Origin: Candidatus Marinacidobacterales bacterium
Lineage (GTDB): Bacteria > Acidobacteriota > Vicinamibacteria > Marinacidobacterales > DATDRI01
Assembly (NCBI GenBank): GCA_965226495.1
Contig: OZ245365.1
Span: 5,024,001 to 5,088,000 of the forward strand
DNA length: 64,000 nt
Reading direction: 5' to 3'
The notes beneath the pieces were generated by a model, which saw nothing but the letters and a program-made list of their open reading frames with translations, ran no database searches and had not been told where the DNA came from. A program made the position numbers and the translations under genes. Position 1 is the stretch's first letter. Each line of letters begins with the position of its first letter. Of the stretch, positions 40,902 through 50,537 are shown in pieces.

Positions 40902-42719
40902 TCACACCTTGAGTCCAACCGCACGCATGAGCGCCAAGGCGTTGCTCTTCTGAACCACGCCCGACTGCATCTGGTAGCTGAACGTCATCTTTCCGTCTTC
41001 GAGGTGATCCTCGAAGTGAACGTTGGCTGCAGCGGGGGCGAGAGAGTCCGCGATCTTAGCAAGAGCCAAGTCGTGCGTGGTGATGAGACCGACCGCTCCG
41101 CCTTCGACCAAACCGCGCACGAGGCCGTCCGCTCCGATTCGACGATCGTGGGAGTTCGTACCTTGTAGGATTTCGTCTAAGAGGAAGAGCAAAGGCAATC
41201 CGTCCTCAGTCATCTCCATGATCTGTCGCAGGTGTAGGATCTCAGCATAGAAGCGTGAGATCCCTCCCTGCAGAGAATCTTGGATCCGGATGGAAGCACC
41301 GACCGCGAGCGGAGACAGACGGAGCGTTCTCGCGCGCACCGTGGCCCCCGCGAAAGCCAGCACGCTATTGGTTCCCACCGTCCGAAGGAGCGTGCTCTTG
41401 CCGGACATATTCGAGCCGCTAACGATCAACAACCGCTGCTCGCTTCCCAGTCGCAGGTCGTTCCTAACCACCCGCTCCTCGGGGATGAGGGGATGACCGA
41501 GCGCCTCACCCTCGAATCGAGGTCCGTGATCCACGACCGTCGGAAACGGGTCAGCGGGGTGCTCATACGAATAACTAGCGAGAGAAACCAAGGCCTCGAG
41601 CTCGCCGGTCGTAGCCAGCCAGCGATCGACCGAGCCCCCGAAACGAGAGCGCCAGGATTCGATCGCGAACGCCAATTGCGTTGCCCACAGCATCAAGGCG
41701 GCCAAGGGTGCAAACATCTGATTACGTCGACCGTCGAGCAAATCGATGAGACGGCGCAGACTTCTCACCTGCCGCGACGCAGGAATCTCATGCGTTCGGA
41801 GAGCTTCCTGAAGACTGATTAGCTTTGGTGAGGAGAAGGACTCGCGCTCCAGAAGCACCAGGAGCTTCGAAAGCACCGCAAGGTCGCGGGCGGGTTTCTC
41901 GACGGCGGTGATCACTCGACGGACTCGAGACCGTAGCCAGAAGGCAAAAGTGGCCTCGACCAGAAGAACCCAAAGTAACGGTAGACGGCTGACCAGCGAA
42001 CCCAGCCACGCAGCTACTAACGTCACCGACGCCGCGCCGATGATCACCGCGACGTAGCGCCTCCAATCGGACACGAGTATGGGAGACTCCGACGCCCAAC
42101 GAGACAGAGAGTCCGGATCGACTTGCGCCGGCGGTGCCTTCTCTTCCTTATCGAGAGTCGCGATCTCTTCTCTCAGGTCCAGTCTCGGCCGCAGCTCCTC
42201 GATCGCGACCTGTCGGGCACGGATTTCGGCAGGAGAGGCGGGAGAGAGAAGCCACTCGGCCAACGTCTTGGCGCCCCAACTCGTCGTTGCCGTAGAAAGG
42301 AGCTCGAAAAGCGAACCATGTCCGAAAAGATCCAGGTCGAGCGCGTATGGGTGAGAGGCAGGTAAGAAGCGCTCTCCGGAATCGCCGGCGCCCGCCCATC
42401 GGTTCTCCAACCGTGCCAATCCCCTCTCGTAAAAAGAAGCCGCGCTGGCTTCCCTTCGCCAGCGTCGCAAGACTCCGTCATGAACGACGACCAACCCGAG
42501 AAACGTCACGACCGGAACCGTCATCCACCACGGCGACAAAAGAGGGGTTCCCCAAGTAAACCATGCCACCACAAACCCCACCGCGAAGACTGCCAGACGA
42601 CCCAGAGAAATCCGAGTCGCTTCGCGACGGTGACTGTCTGCCTCGCTCTGACGTTGTTTGCGGAGTTCGGCGTAGACCGATTCTGGATTCGAAGGTGGGA
42701 CGAAGCTTTTGTCGTTCAC
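40902..42719 (-). CDS. Membrane-anchored MutS-like ATPase (domain V only)
   Basis: N-terminal TM helices, DLDLFG..SLF, GSNMSGKST, S.FYAE, DEILQGTNS, TTHD. No mismatch-recognition domain. Confidence 0.88.
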   Translation of the reverse strand: MNDKSFVPPSNPESVYAELRKQRQSEADSHRREATRISLGRLAVFAVGFVVAWFTWGTPLLSPWWMTVPVVTFLGLVVVHDGVLRRWRREASAASFYERGLARLENRWAGAGDSGERFLPASHPYALDLDLFGHGSLFELLSTATTSWGAKTLAEWLLSPASPAEIRARQVAIEELRPRLDLREEIATLDKEEKAPPAQVDPDSLSRWASESPILVSDWRRYVAVIIGAASVTLVAAWLGSLVSRLPLLWVLLVEATFAFWLRSRVRRVITAVEKPARDLAVLSKLLVLLERESFSSPKLISLQEALRTHEIPASRQVRSLRRLIDLLDGRRNQMFAPLAALMLWATQLAFAIESWRSRFGGSVDRWLATTGELEALVSLASYSYEHPADPFPTVVDHGPRFEGEALGHPLIPEERVVRNDLRLGSEQRLLIVSGSNMSGKSTLLRTVGTNSVLAFAGATVRARTLRLSPLAVGASIRIQDSLQGGISRFYAEILHLRQIMEMTEDGLPLLFLLDEILQGTNSHDRRIGADGLVRGLVEGGAVGLITTHDLALAKIADSLAPAAANVHFEDHLEDGKMTFSYQMQSGVVQKSNALALMRAVGLKV

Positions 42720-42734
42720 AAGGCGAGTCGAACC

Positions 42735-43346
42735 CTAACTCGAAAAACGGCGAAGCGCGCCCTTCAGCGCGCTCTCGAAAGACGGGTTGGTCACGTTCTT
42801 CAACGCCTCGCGCACCGCTTGGTCCACTTGACTTCTTTGGTACCCCAGATTGAGGAGAGCGGATACCAGGTCGTCGCGCAATGCGGTCTCGGGAGCCGAC
42901 TCGGATACTGCACCTTGGGCAGGCTCTTCGATTCGAGCCAGTAGCTCGGGCATTTTGTCCTTGAGCTCCACCACCAAACGCTCTGCCGTCTTCTTCCCCA
43001 CGCCGGGGATAGAGCCGAGGCGCCGCAAGTCGCCGTGTCGGATGGCATCGACGAGATCCGCCGGCTCCAATCCCGATAACACTTTGAGGCCGAGCGCCGG
43101 ACCTACCCCGGCTACCGAGATCAGCCTCTGAAAGAGCACCTCTTCGATCTGGGTGAGGAAACCGAATAGCGCAATCAAGTCCTCTCGCACGTGAGTATGG
43201 ACACGAAGAGACACCGTTGCCCCTTCTGCCTTGAGTTCGTAATAAGTGGACAATGGGATGAGGACTTTGTAACCCACGCCGCCGACGTCGAGGGTCACCT
43301 GTCCCGGTTTCTTGTCGCGAAGAGTTCCACTAAGGTGAGCGATCAT
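42735..43346 (-). CDS. ruvA: Holliday junction DNA-binding protein RuvA
   Basis: MIAHLSG, DVGGVGY, VRED, GVGP, IPGVGKKTAERL..ELKDK, AL.NLGY. Confidence 0.96.
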   Translation of the reverse strand: MIAHLSGTLRDKKPGQVTLDVGGVGYKVLIPLSTYYELKAEGATVSLRVHTHVREDLIALFGFLTQIEEVLFQRLISVAGVGPALGLKVLSGLEPADLVDAIRHGDLRRLGSIPGVGKKTAERLVVELKDKMPELLARIEEPAQGAVSESAPETALRDDLVSALLNLGYQRSQVDQAVREALKNVTNPSFESALKGALRRFSS

Positions 43347-43366
43347 TCTTGGGTCTACAACAACGC

Positions 43367-43861
43367 TCAACGACTCGGGGCGACGCGCTCGGTGAAGCGA
43401 AGTCGGTGGGCATCGCAAAGAGCTACCGCCAAGGCGTCAGCAGCATCGTGGGGCTCTGGCAGCTCTTCTAGCCGAAGTAAAACCATCACCATCCTTTGCA
43501 CCTGTTCCTTGTCGGCGCGACCGTAGCCGACTACGGCTTGCTTGACCTCGAGAGGGCTATACTCAAAGACGGGTACGCCCTGGGAGACACCCGCCAGAAG
43601 GGTGACCCCTCTGACGTGGCCGAGACGCAATGCACTCTTTACGTTGGCAGCGTAGAAGAGGTCTTCGACAACCACCCGCTCCGGATGACAGCGCTCGAGG
43701 ATCTTCAAAAGCTCGACGTGTATGTAGTGGAGCCTTTCCGCGAAAGCAACGCGTGGACTTCGGATGACGCCGTACTCGACGAGGGAATGTTCGTTCCCGT
43801 CGGTGTCGATCGCCCCGTAGCCAGTGGCCTGGGTGCCCGGGTCGATACCGAAGATTCTCAA
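43367..43861 (-). CDS. ruvC: Holliday junction resolvase RuvC
   Basis: GIDPG, VVE..F, LGH.RGV, VK.AVVGYG.A.K.QV, DAADALA.A.C. Confidence 0.96.
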   Translation of the reverse strand: MRIFGIDPGTQATGYGAIDTDGNEHSLVEYGVIRSPRVAFAERLHYIHVELLKILERCHPERVVVEDLFYAANVKSALRLGHVRGVTLLAGVSQGVPVFEYSPLEVKQAVVGYGRADKEQVQRMVMVLLRLEELPEPHDAADALAVALCDAHRLRFTERVAPSR

Positions 43862-43882
43862 GGTACCTGCTCGGGATCGACT

Positions 43883-44638
43883 TCAGTTGGAAGCCAGGAC
43901 AGCCTCGATCTCCTTTTCCTCTATGTCGAAGTTAGCCCAAACGTTCGTCGAGTCTTCGTTGTCTTCCAGGGCCTCCATGAGTCGAAGCATCTGCACCGCG
44001 CTCTTGCCTGAAAGTTTGACGTGACTTTGCGGGGTCATGATGATCTGCTCCACGGCAAGAGAAACGTTCTTCGTTTCGAGAGCTTGGCGAACGGGCTCGA
44101 AAGACTCGAAAGGCGTGAATATCTCCCAGTTGCTACCGTCATCGTTCACGTCTTCGGCGCCGGCCTCCAACGCGATCTCGAGGAGAACCTCTTCTGCGAT
44201 CTTTTCCTTTTCCACTACCAAGTAACCCTTCTTTTGGAACATCCAGGCCACCGAACCCGCTTCACTCATGCTGCCGCCGAACTTCGAGAACAGATGCCGA
44301 AGCTCGGAAACGGTGCGGTTCTTGTTATCGGTCGTCGCCTCGATGAGAACCGCCACCCCACCTTGCCCATAACCCTCATAGACCACTTCTTCCAGATTGA
44401 ACCCTTCGAGTTCCCCGGTCCCCTTCTTGATCGCGCGGTTCACGTTGTCCTTCGGCATGTTGAGGGCCTTGGCCTTCTGAACAGCCAGCCGAAGGCGAGG
44501 ATTGGCCCCCGCGTCGCCGCCGCCGAGGCGAGCCGCGACGGTGATCTCCTTGGTCACCTGCGTGAAGGCCTGGCCTCGCTTGGCATCCGCGCGGCCCTTC
44601 TTGTGCTTGATGGAGTGCCACTTGGAATGTCCAGACAT
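43883..44638 (-). CDS. yebC: YebC/PmpR family protein
   Basis: MSGHSKW..IK.KK, NPRLR, YEGYG, TDNKNRT, GSV.W.F. Confidence 0.96.
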   Translation of the reverse strand: MSGHSKWHSIKHKKGRADAKRGQAFTQVTKEITVAARLGGGDAGANPRLRLAVQKAKALNMPKDNVNRAIKKGTGELEGFNLEEVVYEGYGQGGVAVLIEATTDNKNRTVSELRHLFSKFGGSMSEAGSVAWMFQKKGYLVVEKEKIAEEVLLEIALEAGAEDVNDDGSNWEIFTPFESFEPVRQALETKNVSLAVEQIIMTPQSHVKLSGKSAVQMLRLMEALEDNEDSTNVWANFDIEEKEIEAVLASN

Positions 44639-45051
44639 AACTACACCGTTTACTAAGGTTTCGGATGTTAACACGCGAAGTAGGTGGGTTCAATCGTCGG
44701 ACCTCGGCCCCGCCCCCGACCTCCTGCCCCCAAGGTTGACTACTCTGTATACCTGGGTGAAGTCGCAAATACCGAGCCAAGGGGAATCAAAGAACCGATC
44801 TGGACTCTCCTGCGCGAGCTGAGCTCGGCAGCAAGGCCTGGAAGCGCACCGCCCTCTTTTTCCGTCCCTAACTCGGTGTGCTATTCTCCCTCTTCTACAA
44901 GGAGGGAGAGCCCAGCCACCGAAGTGAAAATGCGGCAGCAGCGGAGGGACATAGTGGTCAAGCCCCCCTGTCCTTAACGGATTGACCTCCGACACCCAAC
45001 CTCGAAGGAGACCGGCCCGCTGCTCAGGCATCTCGCTGTGGCCAAACAGCC

Positions 45052-45852
45052 ATGCTCGAAATCAAACCACTCGAAACGAGAGAGTATGAGTCGAAGTACC
45101 GGGCCGCGTATTTGAGCCAACTGTCTTTGCCCCAGGATGGTATGTGGGAAGTATTCGCCCAAATGGCGGGCTACAGTGAGTTGATTTGGAGAGGGAAACC
45201 TTGTGGTTTCACGTCAGTCAATGAGCAAAACCAACTGCTCCATTTTTTCGTGACGCCTCAATATCAAAATCAAGTCGCCGAGATTTGGCAAGGTTTACTT
45301 GAAAAAACGGCGATTAAGGCAGCCCAAGTTGGGAGTCATGATCCACAATTCCTCAGTCTATGCCTGGACCAAAACAAAACGGTACGGGTTCACACTTTGC
45401 TCTACCACAATCCCAAGAGTAACCGCGGTAAGAAGATCTCTCTTTTGCAACATGAGGCGTTCGAGAAAGCCTCCCCGGACATCCTCGACGAGCTAATTTC
45501 CTTCGTGCAATCGCATGTCGGTGATTCAGGCTCGTGGCTGAAGGATTATTTATCACATTGGGTAGGGCAGCACGCCGTCCATTGCCTGAGGAACGAAGGT
45601 AGGTTGGTTGCCACGGGTGAATTGAGACCAAGTCCCAGCCAGCTCGGGGTTGCTGATCTGGGTGTGATCGTGCACCGCGACTACCGTGGGAAGGGGACGG
45701 CTACTCGTGTCGTTGATGCCCTGATTCACGATGGATTGATTCAGAAATGGACGCTAATTGCCTCAACGGAACAACAAAATCTAGCCGCTCAGAAAGCACT
45801 CACTCGGGCCGGTTTGGCGACCCATCACCGCATGGCGGAGGTGAGTTGGTAG
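45052..45852 (+). CDS. GNAT family N-acetyltransferase
   Basis: C-terminal ADLGVIVH.DYRGKG.AT and N.AAQKAL.RAG. Visibly more AT-rich than flanks. Confidence 0.85.
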   Translation: MLEIKPLETREYESKYRAAYLSQLSLPQDGMWEVFAQMAGYSELIWRGKPCGFTSVNEQNQLLHFFVTPQYQNQVAEIWQGLLEKTAIKAAQVGSHDPQFLSLCLDQNKTVRVHTLLYHNPKSNRGKKISLLQHEAFEKASPDILDELISFVQSHVGDSGSWLKDYLSHWVGQHAVHCLRNEGRLVATGELRPSPSQLGVADLGVIVHRDYRGKGTATRVVDALIHDGLIQKWTLIASTEQQNLAAQKALTRAGLATHHRMAEVSW

Positions 45853-45973
45853 AAAAACAACCGATCTTCGAGAGCCTAGAGTTGAAGAGTTGAAGGCCAA
45901 ATTCATCTAGCGTGGGCGACACTGTCCCCTGGCTTACCCGCAGGCCGGAGTGGCGGCGACGCTCCGCCGGTGG

Positions 45974-46858
45974 TCAGTCATCGAAAACGAAGGTCGGCTC
46001 CTGATAATACCGAACCTTCCTCTCGCTGACTTTCTCGTTGATGGCCTCCTGGAGCCAGTGGCGTTTTTCTTGCAGCGGTAAATGAGACTTCAAGAGCGCG
46101 AGTTGCAGGTTGAAACCCAATACGCGACGCGGGACCAGGATCCGTGTTACGCCAGAGGGGAGACGCTCCCCCGCTTCGGCGACTCGGCGCACATCTTCCT
46201 TCGAAAAATTAGGAAAGAGTACTAGTGCCCCGAAGTGGGGATAGTGTTGTCTTATCGATGGAAAGTCGGTGTGGTTCACGCGATCCATCCGACCTGGACC
46301 GTGGTAGTAGATTTTGGTGAGCTCTCTCAGATGGCCCACGCGCTCGCTCAACTCGAGCTTGCCACGAAGATGAAGCGCCTTCGACTCGCTGAGAGCAATC
46401 GTGCACAGGTAGTCGGGATTTGACTCGTCTCCTCGATCCATGGGCTCGGTTTCTTTCACTGTCACCCCTGGTATCGAATTCGCCTTCTCCACGATTGTTT
46501 TCGCCTCGATGTCACGCACCACGTGGTTCCAATGAGAGATGACGAGCCCCGGCTCCTCGTAGCGTTCCACCTGGACGAGCAGATGCGGCACTTCCAGATT
46601 TCGAAGGGCGGAGACGCGGTTCGCGCCATCTAGCAACATATAGCGGTGGCTGCCGGCGAGGCTTGCGACGATGGGAGGATTCTTGAGAACGCCGTCTGCG
46701 GACAGACGGTCGATCAAGCGAGCCACCCTATCGAGATCTTCCTCCTCGTGCAGCAAGAGATCATCCTGCGCCACGATGCGAAGATCGGGAAACTCCCCAC
46801 CCTGACCGTGATGTCCGCGCTGCTGGTGCTGTCGATCAGAAGACTTCTTATTCACCAT
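45974..46858 (-). CDS. ParB/Srx-fold protein, SbnI-like (putative free-serine kinase)
   Basis: LLLHEE, NPPIV, YMLLDGANR, ISHWNH, GERLPSGVTR, RYYQEP.F.FD resemble S. aureus SbnI as recalled. Confidence 0.65.
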   Translation of the reverse strand: MVNKKSSDRQHQQRGHHGQGGEFPDLRIVAQDDLLLHEEEDLDRVARLIDRLSADGVLKNPPIVASLAGSHRYMLLDGANRVSALRNLEVPHLLVQVERYEEPGLVISHWNHVVRDIEAKTIVEKANSIPGVTVKETEPMDRGDESNPDYLCTIALSESKALHLRGKLELSERVGHLRELTKIYYHGPGRMDRVNHTDFPSIRQHYPHFGALVLFPNFSKEDVRRVAEAGERLPSGVTRILVPRRVLGFNLQLALLKSHLPLQEKRHWLQEAINEKVSERKVRYYQEPTFVFDD

Positions 46859-47372
46859 TAGGCATGCCGGGAACCTCGACCCCCGCGAGCCGGAGGTAGA
46901 CGTAAAGACTTCCTCGGTAGTGCAACTCTTGCTCGAGCATGCGGAAGGCGAGTTGCGCACGAGTCATTTTCGTTTCCGAGTCAGTTTCCGGGCCAATTTC
47001 TAAGTTTGCGTCGTTCGGCTCCTTGAAAGGTGAATCGACTTTCTTGTGGAAAGCATCGTTCGTCATCGTCGCTAACCCACTGACGACATCTTCGTGAAGT
47101 CTCCGGAAGAAGCTCATCGCCTCATCACGGCGCGCAAAATCGAGCGGAGGCTCGAGTTCCCATTCCCCTTCCAGGATGCCCCGGGTCATGAACAGCTCGT
47201 TGCTTATGACCTGACCGACCAACTCTCGAAAGCTGCTCATCGTCTCAGCGGGTCGCCACTCCCATTTTTCTTCGGTCACGAGGTTGCAGATTTGGAGCGA
47301 TCTGGCGAAGGTGCGGCGGTAGCGATCGATGAACTGCCTGACGTGGATGTCATCGGTGCCGCTTTCTTCCAT
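46848..47372 (-). CDS. DinB/DUF664 family protein
   Basis: W.WRP....S..E and E.HYRG.L.VYLRL.G...P. Confidence 0.8.
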   Translation of the reverse strand: MEESGTDDIHVRQFIDRYRRTFARSLQICNLVTEEKWEWRPAETMSSFRELVGQVISNELFMTRGILEGEWELEPPLDFARRDEAMSFFRRLHEDVVSGLATMTNDAFHKKVDSPFKEPNDANLEIGPETDSETKMTRAQLAFRMLEQELHYRGSLYVYLRLAGVEVPGMPNGE

Positions 47373-47437
47373 TGCCACGCTGCCAACCACCCACCTCCCA
47401 AAACCTCAATGATGACTCTCATTATAGACCCTTTACG

Positions 47438-47467
47438 TTGACAATTCGGTGCATCGGACCATAGCAT
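47438..47467 (+). promoter_or_regulatory. Putative sigma70 promoter 8 nt before SBP ATG
   Basis: TTGACA-18 nt-TAGCAT. Confidence 0.55.
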
Positions 47468-47475
47468 CGCGAATC

Positions 47476-48693
47476 ATGTTCCGACTGTGTTGCGCGGTCT
47501 TGGCCCTGTCGATCGGTTGTGCGGCGCCAGCTCCTACCGGGCCGGCGTTGACCCTGGGCGCAGCGATTCCCTTGAGCGGCAAGCATGCGAAGGCGGGAAA
47601 ATTTTTCAAGCAGGGCTACGAGCTCGCCATCGAAGAAAAAAACGAACAGGGTGGTGTCCTTCTCAGCGAAGGCGTACGTCTTCCGGTGAGACTGTTTCTG
47701 TATGACGACAAGAGCGACGCTGCTACCGCGGTGAGCCTAATCGAACGATTGGTGGCGGTGGATGAGGTGAACGCATTGCTTTCCGGCTACAGCACGCCGC
47801 TCATTCAGGCACAAGTCGTGGTGCCCGAGAAATACGGCGTCCCCTACCTGAACGCGGGTGGAGCATCCAAACCCATTTTCAAGCCCACCAACCGGTGGAT
47901 CTTCGGACTACTGACCCCGGTGGAGAAGCTCGCCGAAACCACCATGGATTGGCTTGCGCTCGAGCAAGACGCGAAACGACTACCCCGGCCAACCCGGATC
48001 GCGTTGGTATGGCAAAACAGCGATCACGGTCGGGAGTACCGTTCGGGCGTTCAAGGAGCACTACGCCGCTATGGCGATCGGTTCGATTTGGCAATGGACG
48101 AAGGCTTCGAGCACTTGGCCAAAGATCACACGGCGCTCCTCATCAAAGTGAAGGCGGTCGAGGCGGATGTGTTCCTCTCAGACGCGCATGAACCCGATTA
48201 CGTGCTGCAGCACCGCGCCTACGTCGAGCAGGGCCTGCATCATAAAGTCGTCTCCTACGGCGCGCGGGGCCCTGAAGGTAGTGCTCGCCGCGCGCTCGGG
48301 GAGCATGTGAACTACAACATTGCCGCTCAATGGTGGTCGCCGTCCCTTCCCTACGCGCAATCGAAGCTGTTCCTCGAAAGCTTCCGGAATGCCTACCACC
48401 AGGCCCCGACCGAATACTATCCAGCTCTAGCCTATGAAGGCGCGCGAACCATTATGGCGGCCGTGGAAATCGCTGGCTCGGTGGAGAGAGACGCCATTCG
48501 CGAGGCGCTCGCCTCGCTCGAGCTCCGCGATAGCTTGATCCCCGGCGAGCGTATCTACTTCCCCGCCGAGAATCGGTATCAGATCGATAACACGTGCCTC
48601 ATCGTTCAAAATAAACCAGGAGGCGGAGTGGATATCATCTACCCACCCAACTTGGCGACGGGCGAAGCCATCGTACCTCGCCCTGTCCGCTAG
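47476..48693 (+). CDS. Branched-chain amino acid-type ABC transporter substrate-binding lipoprotein (LivK-like)
   Basis: Lipobox SIGC; PLSG, GYELA, YDDKSD, GYST. Confidence 0.9.
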   Translation: MFRLCCAVLALSIGCAAPAPTGPALTLGAAIPLSGKHAKAGKFFKQGYELAIEEKNEQGGVLLSEGVRLPVRLFLYDDKSDAATAVSLIERLVAVDEVNALLSGYSTPLIQAQVVVPEKYGVPYLNAGGASKPIFKPTNRWIFGLLTPVEKLAETTMDWLALEQDAKRLPRPTRIALVWQNSDHGREYRSGVQGALRRYGDRFDLAMDEGFEHLAKDHTALLIKVKAVEADVFLSDAHEPDYVLQHRAYVEQGLHHKVVSYGARGPEGSARRALGEHVNYNIAAQWWSPSLPYAQSKLFLESFRNAYHQAPTEYYPALAYEGARTIMAAVEIAGSVERDAIREALASLELRDSLIPGERIYFPAENRYQIDNTCLIVQNKPGGGVDIIYPPNLATGEAIVPRPVR

Positions 48694-48723
48694 TCGAGCA
48701 ACACCGCACGTCGTGAAGCACTG

Positions 48724-49593
48724 ATGACTCTGACTTGGCCAGATCTCGCGACCGTGGTCGTCTCCGGGATGCTCCTAGGTGCCCTATATGGATTGATGTC
48801 CTACGGGCTCGGACTCATCTATGGCGTCATGAAGATCGTGAACCTAGCGCACGGCGCCATGCTCACGCTCGGAGCCTACGGAACTCTCTGGCTCTACACC
48901 AACTACCACATCGATCCTCTGCTCTCGATTCCGCTGACCGCCGTCGGCGGATTCGTAATCGGGGTTCTACTAGAGATCAGCCTGGTCAAGAGGATTCGAC
49001 AAGCCCCCCCCATTTCCTCATTGCTGCTTCTCTTTGGGGTCTGTTTGGTTGTGAAGAACGTCCTCTACCTCTCCTTCGGCGGTGATGATCAATCGATCCT
49101 GACGAGCTACACCTTCGAGCGCTTGGATCTTGGTATTCCGGTTGGCTTGACGCGGTTCCTTGTCTTCGGGATCTCCCTTCTTTGCTTCGGCGGACTCCAG
49201 TACCTGCTTCATCATACGTATCCGGGGAGGGCGATCCGAGCCGTGGCACAGGATTCTGTTGCCGCTGCGCTTGCCGGCATCAATGTGGACCGCGTTTCGG
49301 CCATGACCTTCGGACTGGGGTCGGCGCTGGCGGCCATCGCCGGTAGCCTCATGGCGTTGATCTATTCCTTCAACCCCGAGTTCGGTGGAAGCTTCTTGCT
49401 GAAGAGCTTTTGCGTTGTCGTTCTCGGAGGGTTGGAGAGCACGATAGGGATTCTCCTCGGCGGATTCGTGCTCGGACTCGCAGAATCGATGTCGGTAGTC
49501 GTTTTGCCGGCGTCCTTCCAAGACTTGGTGAGCTTCGTTCTGCTGGTCGCCATCCTGGTGATTCGGCCTCCGCGAACAGGACAAAAGCCATGA
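48724..49593 (+). CDS. livH: Branched-chain amino acid ABC permease
   Basis: GL.LIYGVM.IVNLAHG, GRAIRAVAQD...A...GIN, VVLGG. Confidence 0.88.
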   Translation: MTLTWPDLATVVVSGMLLGALYGLMSYGLGLIYGVMKIVNLAHGAMLTLGAYGTLWLYTNYHIDPLLSIPLTAVGGFVIGVLLEISLVKRIRQAPPISSLLLLFGVCLVVKNVLYLSFGGDDQSILTSYTFERLDLGIPVGLTRFLVFGISLLCFGGLQYLLHHTYPGRAIRAVAQDSVAAALAGINVDRVSAMTFGLGSALAAIAGSLMALIYSFNPEFGGSFLLKSFCVVVLGGLESTIGILLGGFVLGLAESMSVVVLPASFQDLVSFVLLVAILVIRPPRTGQKP

Positions 49594-50537
49594 GGTTGCT
49601 CCGACCGGGAGCAGCGGCGGTCGTGGTGACGACCCTCTCCATTCTCCCATTCGCCCTGACGGAACGTCCCTATCTCCTTCACCTTGTCATCCTCTGCCTG
49701 CTCTATGTTTGCTTCGCGAGCGCCTGGAACATCGTTGGCGGTTTCATTGGACAAATTTCGTTTGGACACGCCGCCTTCGTCGGCATCGGCGCCTATACGA
49801 CTGCCCTGCTGTGGCTTCGGCTCGACGTGCACCCGGTTCTCACAATGCCGGTCGCAGGCTCGATAGCGGCTGCCTATGGATGGCTCTGGGGCTGGCCGTG
49901 CTTGCGTCTCACTGGCCCGTACTTTGCGATTGCGACCATCGGCGTCGGTGAAGCGACGCGGCTGATAATGAACAATCTCGAGGTGACCGGTGGCTCTTCT
50001 GGGCTCACCCTGCCAACGCCCGAGTCCTACAGCCGTCTCCCGGCCTACTACCTAGTAGTTTGCCTGGCAGCGATCACGGTGGGGACGTCGTTATGGATCT
50101 CCCGTTCTCGATTCGGGCTGGGACTCCGCGCCATTCGAGACGACCGCGACGTGGCCGAGTCCCTGGGAGTTCCCACCGCGCGTTACCAACTCTATGCCCT
50201 CTCGATCTCGAGCTTTCTTGCCGGAATGGCGGGTAGCTTCTACGCCCAATACATCTTTTACATCGTACCGGAAGAGGTTTTCGGTTTCGATCTCTCGATC
50301 AGCATGATCCTCATGGCGCTCATCGGCGGACTGGGAACGATCCTTGGACCGGTGGTCGGCGCGGTTGTGTTCTTGCTCCTCGAGCAACTCGTGTTAGTCA
50401 GCTTTCCGAATCTTCACCTCGGGACCTTCGGACTATTGCTCATTGCGATCGTTCTCTTCGAGCCGCGTGGAGTGGGCGGTGTCTTACAGCGTCTCCGCAA
50501 CCGGCTGTTCAAGGAGTCCGCACGTGGCACTTCTTGA
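49590..50537 (+). CDS. livM: Branched-chain amino acid ABC permease
   Basis: WNIVGG..GQISFGHAAF.GIGAY, GPYFAIAT, AIRDD, IGGLGT..GP. ATGA overlap with livH stop. Confidence 0.88.
   Translation: MRLLRPGAAAVVVTTLSILPFALTERPYLLHLVILCLLYVCFASAWNIVGGFIGQISFGHAAFVGIGAYTTALLWLRLDVHPVLTMPVAGSIAAAYGWLWGWPCLRLTGPYFAIATIGVGEATRLIMNNLEVTGGSSGLTLPTPESYSRLPAYYLVVCLAAITVGTSLWISRSRFGLGLRAIRDDRDVAESLGVPTARYQLYALSISSFLAGMAGSFYAQYIFYIVPEEVFGFDLSISMILMALIGGLGTILGPVVGAVVFLLLEQLVLVSFPNLHLGTFGLLLIAIVLFEPRGVGGVLQRLRNRLFKESARGTS

Noticed and set aside
44940-45960. Integron cassette or IS ends around the GNAT gene
   Set aside because: No RYYYAAC...GTTRRRY attC structure, matching terminal repeats or transposase.
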